A DNA stretch of 64,000 nt, from the NCBI GenBank assembly GCA_964202905.1, contig CAXNJO010000005.1:160001-224000 (forward strand), in the 5' to 3' direction. The notes under the pieces were generated by a model that saw only the letters and a list, made by a program, of their open reading frames with translations, searched no databases and was not told where the DNA came from. This DNA is from Polyangiales bacterium (GTDB lineage: Bacteria; Myxococcota_A; Polyangia; Polyangiales; JADJQN01). Below are positions 18,476 through 28,334 of the stretch, one piece after another (within the stretch, counting starts at the first letter, position 1; each line of letters begins with the position of its first letter). Made by a program: the position numbers and the translations under genes.

Positions 18476-20659
18476 TCACTCGGCCGCGGCCGGGAGCGCC
18501 TTCTTCGAGAAGTCGACGGAGAGCGCGAGCATCTCCGCGACGTCGAGCTGCTTGATCTCTTCTTCCTTGTCCTCGGCCTTGATGCCGTCGGAGATCATCG
18601 TCATGCAGAACGGGCAGCCCGAGGCGAGCGTCTTGGCGCCGGTGTCGAGGAGCTGCAGCGTGCGCTTCTTGTTCACGCGGTGCTCGTTCTGCTCCTCCAT
18701 CCACATCTGCGCGCCGCCCGCGCCGCAACACAGCCCCTTGTTCTTGTTCCAGTAGGGGACCTCGACGAGCTCGACGCCGGGGATGCGCGAGAGGATCGCG
18801 CGCGGGGAGTCGTAGACGTCGTTGTAGCGGCCGAGGTAGCAGCTGTCGTGGTAGACGACGCGCCCCTCGACGCGCTTCTCGGGGACGAGCAGGCCGCGTG
18901 CGACGAGGCCGTTCAGGAAGTCCGTGTGGTGCACGACCTCGTAGCGGCCGCCGAGCTGCGGGTACTCGTTGAGCAGCGTGTTGAAGCAGTGCGGGCACGC
19001 CGTGATGATCGGCTTCTTGTCGATGCCGTAGCCGTTCAGCGTCTCGACGTTGCCCTGCGCGAGCATCTGGAAGAGGTACTCGTTGCCCGCGCGCCGCGCC
19101 GGGTCGCCGGTGCAGTTCTCTTCGCTGGCGAGGATCGCGAACTTCACGCCCGCGTGCTGGAGGAGCTGCGCCGTCGAGCGCGCGACCTTCTTGGCGCGGT
19201 CGTCGTAGCTCGCCGCACAGCCGACCCAGTAGAGGACGTCGAACTCGCCGCCCTCGCCGACCACCGGGATGTCGAGCCCGTCGGCCCAGTCGCCGCGCGA
19301 CATGCGCGAGAGGTTCCAGGGGTTGCCGTTGGTCTCCATCCCGCGGAAGGGCTTCTCCAGCTCGGGCGGGAACTCGTTCTTCGACATGACCTGATCGCGG
19401 CGCATCGACACGATCTTGTCGACGTACGTGATCATCACCGGGCAGTGCTCCTCGCACGCGCGGCACGTCGTGCAGGCCCAGATGACGTCGGGGTGCACGA
19501 TGTTGGGGACGAGCTCGACGTCGGACGAGTCGCGGAAGTAGCCGCCCGCCGGCGCCGGGGGCGTGGTGTGGAGCGAGGGGCGGACGCCGTCGGCGTCGGG
19601 GCCGAGCGCGCGGGTCGCGTTCACCGGCACGTCGCCGGCCCCGATGAGCGCGGCCTCGGCGTCGTTGAGGTGATCGCGGAGCGCGAGCGTGAGGTGCTTC
19701 GGCGAGAGCATCTTGTCCGTGGTGTAGGCGGGGCAGTTGTCGCTGCAGCGCCCGCACTCGGTGCAGGTGTAGAGGTCGAGGTTGTCCTTCCACGAGAGGT
19801 CACGCGCGCTGCGGATGCCGATGGGCTCCTCGCGCTCGATGCGGCCCTCGATGTCGTCGACGGGCGGCAGCGCGCCACGCGGCGTCTGGTTGCGCGTGAA
19901 CACGTTGGGGAGCGACGTGATGATGTGGAAGTGCTTGGAGTACGGGAGCAGGTTGCCGAAGAAGAGCACCATGCCCGAGTGCCACCAGAAGCCCGCGTGC
20001 TCGAGGCCGCGGAGCCACGCGTTGGGGAGGGTATCGAGCGCCATCGCGACGATGGAACCGACGGGCTCCCAGACGTGGAAGGCGGGGCTCCCTCCGGCGA
20101 TGCGTGCCTCGCGGGCGATCGCCGCGCCGACGTAGAGGAAGTCGGAGAGCATCATCGAGATGATGATGCCGAGGATGACGAGGCCCTCGACGCCGAGGGT
20201 CATGCGCTGCGAGCGCGCGACGACGCGGAGATAGACGAACACGAGGGCGCCGAGCACGACGGCGGCGGCGAACAGCTCCTTCAGGAGGCTGTACCCGTCG
20301 CCGAGGAACGTGCCCCGCGCGAAGACGCCGAAGAGGTCGAAGTGCTCGTCGTAGCCGCGACCCCAGAGGAGGATCGTGTTGAGCGTGAGCACCCCGAAGC
20401 CGCCGAAGATCGCGATGTGCGCGAGGCCGGCGGCGCGGTAGCGCCCCTGCGGCATGCGGCGCTGACCGAGCGCGTAGACGGCGACGTCCACGAGGCGGTT
20501 GACCAGCTCCGGCAGGGCCGCGGCCACGCTCGTCGCGCTCGCCAGGGTGAAGCGAGGCTCGGGCGCGCCCGAGAAGAGCTGCGCCCAGCGCCGGTTGGCC
20601 GTCCACGCGAAGAAGCCGGCGGCGGCCACCAGCGCGAGGGTCATCAAGATCGGTTGCAT
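18476..20659 (-). CDS. Membrane-bound Fe-S oxidoreductase (FadF/HdrD-like, CCG domains)
   Basis: N-terminal TM helices, CTECGRCSDNCP, CTTCRACEEHCP, WVGC, CPHC, YHDSCYLGR and CCGAGG. Confidence 0.92.
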   Translation of the reverse strand: MQPILMTLALVAAAGFFAWTANRRWAQLFSGAPEPRFTLASATSVAAALPELVNRLVDVAVYALGQRRMPQGRYRAAGLAHIAIFGGFGVLTLNTILLWGRGYDEHFDLFGVFARGTFLGDGYSLLKELFAAAVVLGALVFVYLRVVARSQRMTLGVEGLVILGIIISMMLSDFLYVGAAIAREARIAGGSPAFHVWEPVGSIVAMALDTLPNAWLRGLEHAGFWWHSGMVLFFGNLLPYSKHFHIITSLPNVFTRNQTPRGALPPVDDIEGRIEREEPIGIRSARDLSWKDNLDLYTCTECGRCSDNCPAYTTDKMLSPKHLTLALRDHLNDAEAALIGAGDVPVNATRALGPDADGVRPSLHTTPPAPAGGYFRDSSDVELVPNIVHPDVIWACTTCRACEEHCPVMITYVDKIVSMRRDQVMSKNEFPPELEKPFRGMETNGNPWNLSRMSRGDWADGLDIPVVGEGGEFDVLYWVGCAASYDDRAKKVARSTAQLLQHAGVKFAILASEENCTGDPARRAGNEYLFQMLAQGNVETLNGYGIDKKPIITACPHCFNTLLNEYPQLGGRYEVVHHTDFLNGLVARGLLVPEKRVEGRVVYHDSCYLGRYNDVYDSPRAILSRIPGVELVEVPYWNKNKGLCCGAGGAQMWMEEQNEHRVNKKRTLQLLDTGAKTLASGCPFCMTMISDGIKAEDKEEEIKQLDVAEMLALSVDFSKKALPAAAE

Positions 20660-20826
20660 GGCGGGCCGATATAGACGCGAATCGGGGCGCTTACCAGAGC
20701 GAATCGCGCACCGCGGCACGCCCGCCGCGCGGCTACGTGGGGAGACGCCGCAGCGCGACGCCACGGGGAACGGCGCGCGCGTGACCGAACATCACGGGCG
20801 CGACTGAACCGCGATTCAGTGCCGGG

Positions 20827-21378
20827 TCACCTCGGGAGCTTGGCGTCGAAGAACGCCTTGAGCTTGATCAGGTTCTTCTCCTCGCGGGAGAAGCTCGGCG
20901 ACTCGTAGGACTTCGCGAAGCCGCGGACGTCCGAGAGGAACTCGCCGCGCACGCCCTCGTTGGCGAGGATGTCGTCCACGGTGCGGCCGCGCGCGGAGCC
21001 TTTCTTCAAGCCGGCCACGTACGCCTCGAGGCGCGCGTAGTCCTTGTCGAGGTAGTCGCGCAGGAGGTCGCAATCGTTGGCGAGCCGGCCGATGGCGCGG
21101 AGCTTGTCGCCTTCGGCCTCGCCGGTGTCCTCGCGCATGGCGAGATCGGCCGCGACGCGGAGCACGAAGGCGTCGTCGAGGTAGCCGATGTCGTCGATGC
21201 CGTCCGGGATGAGGTCGAGCGACTTGAAGAGGTAGTTGAGGCCGCCGGCGATCGCCTGCGCCGCGGGCTGCGCGAGGCCGGGCTCGCCGAGGAGCGCCGC
21301 GAGGTGCTCGGCATCGTCCCCGAGACTGCGGAGCCACGTGGGAAACGTGTCGAGGTACTTGGCCGTCTGGTCGCTCAT
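20827..21378 (-). CDS. DUF1232/YkvA family protein
   Basis: YLFKSLDLIPDGIDDIGYLDDAFVL motif. GGAGG RBS before ATG 21378. Confidence 0.85.
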   Translation of the reverse strand: MSDQTAKYLDTFPTWLRSLGDDAEHLAALLGEPGLAQPAAQAIAGGLNYLFKSLDLIPDGIDDIGYLDDAFVLRVAADLAMREDTGEAEGDKLRAIGRLANDCDLLRDYLDKDYARLEAYVAGLKKGSARGRTVDDILANEGVRGEFLSDVRGFAKSYESPSFSREEKNLIKLKAFFDAKLPR

Positions 21379-21525
21379 CGATCCTCCCGGGGGGCCGAGT
21401 GGCCCTGTGTTCACGCAGGGCGCGGAGGGTAGCCGATCGCGCGCGCCGGGTTCAAGCGCGGGGCGCCGATCCGCGCAGAGGACGTTTGGATTCGCGGACG
21501 GGCGCGGCTATCCTCCGGCCCCGAC

Positions 21526-22698
21526 ATGTCACGGCTCGCCGCACTCGCCTGCTCCCTCGTCTGCGCGCTCGCACTCCCCACCGTCCGCGCGGCCGCGCAG
21601 CAAGCCGGCGGGGCGACGGGGACCGCCGTGTCCCCGCCTCCTGCGGCGCCCGCACAGGCTGCGCCCGGACAGGGCGCGCCGAGCGCGGGCACATCCGCTG
21701 CGAGCGCCCCGGGCGCGACGGCGACGACGGCCGCTGCGCCCGCGGCTGCGCCGCCCCCCACCACGATGGCGGCGCCGCCCTCGACGCAGGCCACCGCGCA
21801 GGCCGCGACGCAAATCACCGCCGCGCCGCGCCTCGTGCTCCCGGTGGTCGTGATCGGCATCCCCGATCGCGCGGTGCAGCCCGCGACCCTCGCGGCGATC
21901 CGCGACGCGGTCGTAGCCGGCCTCGCGCCCGCCGCGGGGGGACGCCCCGTCGTCGCGCTGCCGGACGAGGCGCGCATCGCGGCCGTCGCGGCATGCAGGG
22001 ACGCGGCGTGCCTCGGCGCGCGGCTGAACGAGCTTCAGGCCATGGCGGGCGTGTTCGTGCGGGCGACGCGGCGCAACCGCACGGCGCCCATCGACGTGCG
22101 CGTCGAGGTGCTCGATCCCGTGAGCGGGGCGGCCCGGCTCGCGACGCCGGTGAGCATCGCGCTGCCCGCGGCCGCCGAATCCGCGCCCGCGGCCGCGCTC
22201 GCCGTGGTTCTCGCGCAGCTCGTGTCGGCGCTGCCCTGGCCCCCGCCGCCCCCGCCATCGCTGCTCGTCGTGACGAACGTCGACGACGCCGTCGTGACCC
22301 TCGACGGGAACGAGCTCGGGCGCGCGCCCCTCGCGGCCGTCGAGGTCGCGCCGGGACGCCACAACGTCGTCGTCACCGCGCGCGGCTGGCAGAGCGGCAA
22401 CCGCATGGTGCAGGTCGGCGAGACGGGGCTGACCCGCGCCGACTTCGACCTCGAGCCCGAGGGCGCGACGCGCGCGGCGCTCGAGTCGGGCCACGCCTGG
22501 TCGGGCGGCAGCGGCGGCACGGGCCCCGCGGAGCCGGGCGGCGAGGAGACGCCGCTCTACGCGCGCTGGTACGTGATCGGCGGCGCCGCGGCCGTGGTCG
22601 TCGCGACGGTCGTCCTCATCGCCGTCGCCGCGAGTTCCGGCGACCCCGAGATCGGCCCACCCGCGGGCATCCCGGTCCCCCCCATCCAGCCCCGCTGA
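21526..22698 (+). CDS. PEGA domain membrane protein
   Basis: Signal peptide, Ala/Pro linker, LLVVTNVDDAVVTLDGNELGRAPL...VAPGRHNVVVTARGW PEGA motif, then PLYARWYV + TM. Confidence 0.85.
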   Translation: MSRLAALACSLVCALALPTVRAAAQQAGGATGTAVSPPPAAPAQAAPGQGAPSAGTSAASAPGATATTAAAPAAAPPPTTMAAPPSTQATAQAATQITAAPRLVLPVVVIGIPDRAVQPATLAAIRDAVVAGLAPAAGGRPVVALPDEARIAAVAACRDAACLGARLNELQAMAGVFVRATRRNRTAPIDVRVEVLDPVSGAARLATPVSIALPAAAESAPAAALAVVLAQLVSALPWPPPPPPSLLVVTNVDDAVVTLDGNELGRAPLAAVEVAPGRHNVVVTARGWQSGNRMVQVGETGLTRADFDLEPEGATRAALESGHAWSGGSGGTGPAEPGGEETPLYARWYVIGGAAAVVVATVVLIAVAASSGDPEIGPPAGIPVPPIQPR

Positions 22699-22707
22699 GC
22701 GAACCCG

Positions 22708-23301
22708 ATGCGACACCTCTTCCCCCGCCTCCTCCCCCTGCTCGCCGCGCTCGCAGCGCTCACCGGCTGCGGCGGCGACGTCGTCCCGGCCCCCTCGTTC
22801 ACGCTGCGCGTCCGCTCGATCGGCACGACCACGGCGCCCGCCGTGCTGCTCGACTCGGTTGGCCAGCTCGAGGTCATGATCCGCGCACAGTCCCCCTCAC
22901 GCTTCGTGGAGCTCCCGCCGCAGTGCTCGTTCGACGACTGCGGCGGCATCCAGTGCTGCAAGTACGAGGGCGGCGCGGTCTCGACCTTCATCAGCGCCGC
23001 GGGCGAGTACGTCATCCGCTTCGACGGCGCGTGGGTGCGCGCGCGCGCCGAGGTCACGCCCACCGGCTTCATCGTCCCCGTGCCGATCTTCGCGACCAGC
23101 GACATGGACAGCCCCGGCGCGCTCGACCCCGTCGCGTTCGGCACGGTCATCCGCGGCGCGGATCGCATCGCGAGCGGCGCGATCACGCTGATGTGGCCGC
23201 TGCGCGGCGGCAACACGCAGGACCTGCCCGTCATGTGCTCGCCCGGCTTCGAGGCGCAGTGCATGAACGTCGACGCCGCGCCGCTCGACGGCGGCCCCTG
23301 A
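22708..23301 (+). CDS. Hypothetical lipoprotein
   Basis: Lipobox LTGC. Starts 9 bp after the upstream gene. Confidence 0.7.
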   Translation: MRHLFPRLLPLLAALAALTGCGGDVVPAPSFTLRVRSIGTTTAPAVLLDSVGQLEVMIRAQSPSRFVELPPQCSFDDCGGIQCCKYEGGAVSTFISAAGEYVIRFDGAWVRARAEVTPTGFIVPVPIFATSDMDSPGALDPVAFGTVIRGADRIASGAITLMWPLRGGNTQDLPVMCSPGFEAQCMNVDAAPLDGGP

Positions 23302-23303
23302 CG

Positions 23304-24431
23304 ATGGGCGCGCGCGCGGGGGCACGGCCCGGCGCCGTGGCGCTCCTCGCGCTGCTCACCGCGTGCGGTGCCGCGCGCCCCGAGACGCCCGTGGCGCGTC
23401 GCCTCGGCGGAGAGCGCACGCTGGGCGTGTTCGTCTCCCCGAGCGCGTACGAGTGGTTCATCCGTGGGGAGCTCGCCGCGAACGCGGCGCGCTGGCAGGA
23501 AGCGGCGGCCGCGTATCGCCTCGCGCTCGCCTCCGCCGACGAGGATCCGCTCGTCTTCGCGCGTCTCGCCCTCGCCCTCGAGCGGGCGAGGCAGCCGGCC
23601 GAGGCCGACGCCGCGATCGCGCGCGCGCTGGCGATCGACCCCGACTCGGAAGCGGCGTACCTCGCGCGGGGCGAGGTGGCCGAGCGCCGTGGGGATCTGC
23701 GCGGGGCGGTCGCGGCCTTCGAGCGCGCGCGCACCGTCGCGCCGGGAAGCGAGGCGGGGCCGCTGCGCCTCGCGGAGATCCTGCGGCGGATCGGCGCGAC
23801 GAAGCGGGCCGACGCCGTGCTCGATCGGCTGGCGCGGGAGGGCGGCCCCGCGAGCGCCACGGCGGCGCGCGCGCGCCTCGCAGCGGCCCTCGCCGGCGAC
23901 GACGCCGAGGCTGCGGGCGAGGCGGCGCTGGCCCTGCTAGAGGTCGCGCCCGTGCGACGCAGCGACGTGCGGGACGCCGCAGCGCGCGCGCTCGAGGCGG
24001 GGCGCATCCCCCTCGCGGCCCGGCTCGTGGCGGCGCTGCCGACCCACGACGCCGACCTCGCGCTGCGTGTGCGCGTCGCCCTCGCGCGCGGCGCGCGCGA
24101 CGACGCGGAGGGCCTGCTCGCGACGGCGACGCCCGACGCGCTCGGTGGCGCCGTCGCGACCGCGCGCCTGTGGCTCGCGACCGGACGCGCGGACCGCGCG
24201 TACGAGCTCGCGCGCGAGGCCGTCGCGCTCGAGCCCGGACCCGAATCCGAGTGCGTCGTGGGAGACGCAGCGCTCGCCGCGGGGCTCTACGACGAGGCCG
24301 CCACCGCCTACGCCCGCGTGCCACGCGGCGCGAGCGGCCACCCCGCCGCGCTGCGCGGGCTCGCCGATGCGCTCACGCGCGCGTCGCTTCCGGCGCTCGC
24401 GGCCGATGTGCGCGCGCACGCCCCGCGCTGA
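23304..24431 (+). CDS. TPR-repeat lipoprotein
   Basis: Lipobox LTAC, VSPSAYEWFIRGE and TPR repeats (ALAIDPDSEAAYLARGEVA). Confidence 0.8.
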   Translation: MGARAGARPGAVALLALLTACGAARPETPVARRLGGERTLGVFVSPSAYEWFIRGELAANAARWQEAAAAYRLALASADEDPLVFARLALALERARQPAEADAAIARALAIDPDSEAAYLARGEVAERRGDLRGAVAAFERARTVAPGSEAGPLRLAEILRRIGATKRADAVLDRLAREGGPASATAARARLAAALAGDDAEAAGEAALALLEVAPVRRSDVRDAAARALEAGRIPLAARLVAALPTHDADLALRVRVALARGARDDAEGLLATATPDALGGAVATARLWLATGRADRAYELAREAVALEPGPESECVVGDAALAAGLYDEAATAYARVPRGASGHPAALRGLADALTRASLPALAADVRAHAPR

Positions 24432-24897
24432 TCGCGCGCGGCAGCTGCCGCACAGGCCGGTCCCGCCCTGGCCCGTGCATGGCTCGGCGAACGCGGCACG
24501 CCCGCGCAGGCCCGACACGCCCGCCCATCGCGTGCCCGCCGTGCTCGTCGGCCGTGGAGCGGCGGCGTGCGGCTCACCTCCCGACGCGGCTCCAAAAGAC
24601 CGTCACCGGCGCGTGGGCGACGGACTTCGTGGGCCCGTGTTCGGATCGCCGCCGCGGTCTGGCGCAAGGGGTGCCGCCGTCGTGCCGTGCCGCCGTCGTG
24701 CCGTGCCGCCGTCGCGCGGTGAGGCCGTCGCACAATAAAACTGTCGCGCGGTGAGGCTGGCGCGCGGCGTCTCGATCGCGGCAGCCCGTGCGCGTGTCGA
24801 CGGGCCACGCACGCTTCGCGTCGTCATGTCGTCTCGCGGAGAAGCAGTGTCCGCGTCACGCCGCGCTGTGTGGCCAGCGCCCCGAGAGGTCGTGTTG

Positions 24898-25055
24898 AAC
24901 GACACGGCGCTTCAACCGCACAGACCTTCATCGACACGGCGCCTCAACCACACAGCGCGCACACCAACCGTGCATCGCCAACACTGCGCTTGATCGCCTC
25001 AACGACACTGCGCTTGCTCGCTTAAACGACACTGCGCTTAAACGACACAGTGCCC
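24898..25055. repeat. Degenerate short direct-repeat array (AACGACACWGCGCTT-like, ~8 copies)
   Basis: Copies start at 24898, 24914, 24930, 24946, 24977, 25001, 25025 and 25041, mostly 16 or 24 bp apart. Confidence 0.75.
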
Positions 25056-25078
25056 CGTGGGATGGGGCACTGTGTCGT
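25042..25078 (-). terminator. Hairpin downstream of tRNA-Pro, probable terminator
   Basis: Perfect 15-bp inverted repeat acgacacagtgcccc/ggggcactgtgtcgt with a 7-nt loop, 14 bp from the tRNA 3' end. The U tract is short. Confidence 0.65.
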
Positions 25079-25092
25079 CGACCGTCGGTGTT

Positions 25093-25169
<77 letters not shown>

Positions 25170-25209
25170 AGTTGAACAGGCGCCGACAATAGCTGAGGAC
25201 GCGCGTTCG

Positions 25210-26595
25210 TCAAGCGCGCGCCGCGGGAATTCGCTGCCAGGCGTGCACCTGATAGGCGTCCGGTCCGTGCCCACCCGCGTCGTCCCACGGCCCGATCCGG
25301 AGGAGTCCGTCCGCATCCGGCGCGACCGTCGAGAGCGCCAGCGCCTCGGGATGCGGGCGCATCCACGGGAGGGCGGCGCCCACCTCCGCGACCACCCCGG
25401 CGCCCTCCTCCGCGGTGGGCGAACAGACGGCGTACACGAGCGTGCCCCCGGGCCGCACCAGCCTCGCCGCGTTCGCGAGGATGCGCGTCTGCAACACCGC
25501 GAGGCGCGCGGGGTCGTCGGGACCGACGCGCAGCAGGATCTCCGGGCGGCGGTGCACCGTGCCGAGGCCGGTGCACGGCGCGTCGACGACGACGCGATCG
25601 AAACGCCCCTCGAGCCCCGCGGTGCCCACCGTCAGGTCGACCGCCACGGTGTCGAGCGCGTCGGTCGCGAGCCGCAGCCGCGCGCACTCGGCGCCGATGC
25701 GCTCGAGCTTCCCTTCGTAGAGATCGAGCGCCGTCACCGCCCCCGCCGCGCCGACCGCGCGCAGGAAGAACGTCGTCTTGCCGCCGTGCCCCGCGCAAGC
25801 GTCGGCGACACGCTCGGCCACGCGGGCCCCCGCCGCGAGCGCGACCGCCTGCGCGCCCTCCTCCTGCACGCTGAACCGGCCCTCCGCGTAGCCGGGCAGC
25901 CGCCGCGGATCACCGGCCCCGCGCACGAGCAGCGCGCGCGGCGACACGGCGCCCGGCCGCACGTCGATCCCGGGGCGCGCCGCGATGAGCACCTCAGCGA
26001 GCGCGTCGCGCGCGCCCGCCGCGTCCCCTTCGACGCGGAGCACGATGGGCGGCGGCAGCGCGCGCGCCGCGAGGAAGGCCAAAGCGCGCGCCTCGCCGAG
26101 CGCGGCGGAGAGCGCCTGGCCGAGCCATGTCGGCACGACGAGCGCGGTCGGTGGGTGCGGCTCCGCGGGGCGGTTCGCCGCGACCTTGCGGAGCACCGCG
26201 TTGACGACGCCCGCGAGCGTCCGCCCGCGCTCGCGCACGACGAGCCCCACGGCCGCGTCGACCACGGCGTGCGGCGGCACGCGCCCGAGGTGCAGCAGCT
26301 GGTACGCGGCCGCGCGCAGCGCCGCCCGCAACATCGGGTCGAGCGTGTCAGCGCCGCGCCGCAGGTGAACGCCGTACGCGGCGTCGAGCGTCGGCAGGAC
26401 GCGCAGCGCGCCGTACACGATCTCCGTGGCGAGCGCGGCGTCGCGCGGATCGAGGCGCGCGCGGCCGAGCTCCGCGTCGAGGACGCGCGACGCGTACGCG
26501 CCGTCCTCGGCGACACGGAAGAGCACGAAGGTGGCGAGCTCGCGCGCGTCGGGCGCGCGGGGCGGACGCGGCGGGCGACGTGGCTCAGCGGGCAT
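25210..26595 (-). CDS. rsmB: 16S rRNA m5C967 methyltransferase (Sun/RsmB)
   Basis: NusB-like N-terminus, VQEEGAQ, DACAGHGGKT, VDAPCTGLG..RRPE and LVYAVCS. Confidence 0.92.
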   Translation of the reverse strand: MPAEPRRPPRPPRAPDARELATFVLFRVAEDGAYASRVLDAELGRARLDPRDAALATEIVYGALRVLPTLDAAYGVHLRRGADTLDPMLRAALRAAAYQLLHLGRVPPHAVVDAAVGLVVRERGRTLAGVVNAVLRKVAANRPAEPHPPTALVVPTWLGQALSAALGEARALAFLAARALPPPIVLRVEGDAAGARDALAEVLIAARPGIDVRPGAVSPRALLVRGAGDPRRLPGYAEGRFSVQEEGAQAVALAAGARVAERVADACAGHGGKTTFFLRAVGAAGAVTALDLYEGKLERIGAECARLRLATDALDTVAVDLTVGTAGLEGRFDRVVVDAPCTGLGTVHRRPEILLRVGPDDPARLAVLQTRILANAARLVRPGGTLVYAVCSPTAEEGAGVVAEVGAALPWMRPHPEALALSTVAPDADGLLRIGPWDDAGGHGPDAYQVHAWQRIPAARA

Positions 26596-28258
26596 CGCGA
26601 CCCACCGCCTCGACGATGCTCGGCCACTGCCGCTGCAGATCGTTCGCGAAGGCGAACACCATGAGGAGGAGGAGTACGGAGAGCCCGGCGACCGACGCGT
26701 ACTCGCGCAGGCGACGCGGCACGGGCCGCCGCGTCACGGTTTCGAAGAGGAAGAACACGAGGTGACCGCCGTCGAGCAGGGGGATGGGAAGGAGATTGAT
26801 GAGCCCGAGGTTGATGCTGATGAAGGCCATCAGCTTGAGGTAGTCGAGCGTCCCGGCCCGCGCGGCCTCGCCCGCGTAGGAGAAGATCTGCAGCGGCCCG
26901 CCGAGCGAGCGCGCGCTCAGCTTGCCCTGCAGCAGCCGGACGACCGAGTACACCGTCAGTTCGACGACGTCCGCGGTGTTCGCGACCGCCTCGCGCGCGG
27001 CGTAAAGCACGCGGTGCGGGTTCGGCACGGGCGGATCCGCGCGTGCGGGCACCCAGTGCCGCATCGAGACCGCATAGCGGTCGTAGCGCTGCCCGTACTC
27101 CGTCGTGCCCCGCTCGTGCTCGAGCGCGTAGCGCGCGCTCAGCGTGCGGCCCGCGCGGCGCCAGACGAGCGTGTGCGTGCGCCCGCCCCCGGCGCGTAGA
27201 TCCTCGAGAAACGTGGCCCACACGCGGATCGCGCGGCCGTCGAGCGACACGAGCCGATCGCCGGGCCGCAGCCCGATGCGGTGCTCCGGCGAGCCGGCCT
27301 GCACCTCGCTCACGTAGAGCTCCGCGCTCTCGAGGCCGGCGCGCGCGAGGCCGCTCGCATCCCCAGGCTCGGGCGTGACGGTCGCGACGTGCGGCTCGTA
27401 CACGTCGAGATCGACGAGCCCGCCGAGCGCGCTCCCGAGACGCTGCGGGCGCAGGTACGTGAGCGGAATCAACTCGCCGCGGTTCTGCGCGAGCGCGGCG
27501 TCGAGGTCGATGAACCGGCGGATCGGGCGGCCGCGCGCCGCGACGATGACGTCGAAGGTCTGCAGCCGCGCCGCCCCCGCGGGGCTCGCCGGGCTCGCGA
27601 CGCCGACGACGGCCTCGGGGTGCACGGGCATCACGCCGATGAGCCCGGTGCGCTCGACGAGATCGAGCGGCGCCTTCACACGCGTCACGAGCGCAGGCGT
27701 GATCGTCGTCTGGACCTCGCGCCCGCCGCGCTCGACGACGAAGTCGAGCGGGTCCCCCGCGTGATCTTCGACGATGTCGACGAGGTCGTCGAAGGTCTGG
27801 ATCTCGTCGCCGTCGATCGTGCGCACGCGATCGCCGGGGCGGAGCCTGCCGTCCGCGGGGCGATCGGGGAACACGATCCCGATGACCGGGGGCGGGAGCT
27901 CGCGGTCGCCGAGCGCGACGACGAAGTAGAGGACGATCGGGAACGTGAGGTTCATCAGCGGTCCGGCGACCACGATGACGAACCGCTTCCAGATGGCCTT
28001 CTCCGCGAAGGAGCGCGGCGCGTCCGCGGCGCTCACGACGTCCTGCGGGCCCTCGCCGAGCATGCGCACGTAGCCGCCGAGCGGGAGCGCCGCGAGGACA
28101 TATTCTGTCCCACCACGCTGAAAGCCCGCGATGCGCGGCCCGAAGCCGAGGGAGAAGCGCAGGACCTGCACGCCGAAGAACTTCGCCCACACGAAGTGCC
28201 CGAGCTCGTGCACGAAGACCAGCACGCCGACGAGCACGATGAAGTAGACGACGTCCAT
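26585..28258 (-). CDS. rseP: RIP metalloprotease RseP with PDZ domains
   Basis: HELGH, FSLGFGP, PLGGYVRM, AGPLMN and NLLPIPLLDGGH. Confidence 0.95.
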   Translation of the reverse strand: MDVVYFIVLVGVLVFVHELGHFVWAKFFGVQVLRFSLGFGPRIAGFQRGGTEYVLAALPLGGYVRMLGEGPQDVVSAADAPRSFAEKAIWKRFVIVVAGPLMNLTFPIVLYFVVALGDRELPPPVIGIVFPDRPADGRLRPGDRVRTIDGDEIQTFDDLVDIVEDHAGDPLDFVVERGGREVQTTITPALVTRVKAPLDLVERTGLIGVMPVHPEAVVGVASPASPAGAARLQTFDVIVAARGRPIRRFIDLDAALAQNRGELIPLTYLRPQRLGSALGGLVDLDVYEPHVATVTPEPGDASGLARAGLESAELYVSEVQAGSPEHRIGLRPGDRLVSLDGRAIRVWATFLEDLRAGGGRTHTLVWRRAGRTLSARYALEHERGTTEYGQRYDRYAVSMRHWVPARADPPVPNPHRVLYAAREAVANTADVVELTVYSVVRLLQGKLSARSLGGPLQIFSYAGEAARAGTLDYLKLMAFISINLGLINLLPIPLLDGGHLVFFLFETVTRRPVPRRLREYASVAGLSVLLLLMVFAFANDLQRQWPSIVEAVGRDAR

Positions 28259-28334
28259 CGGTGGCCCGGGCGCGACCCTAGCAGCCGCCCGCGGGCGGAG
28301 GTAGCGCGCCGCGCCGTGGTAGCGTCGGAGCGCG

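Noticed and set aside
21399..24431. Single 1010-aa ORF
   Set aside because: Only the last 375 codons (from 23304) look coding. The upstream part overlaps two better genes in another frame.
24898..25078. Possible CRISPR array
   Set aside because: Units are ~15 bp with spacers of only 1-16 bp, and no cas genes are present.
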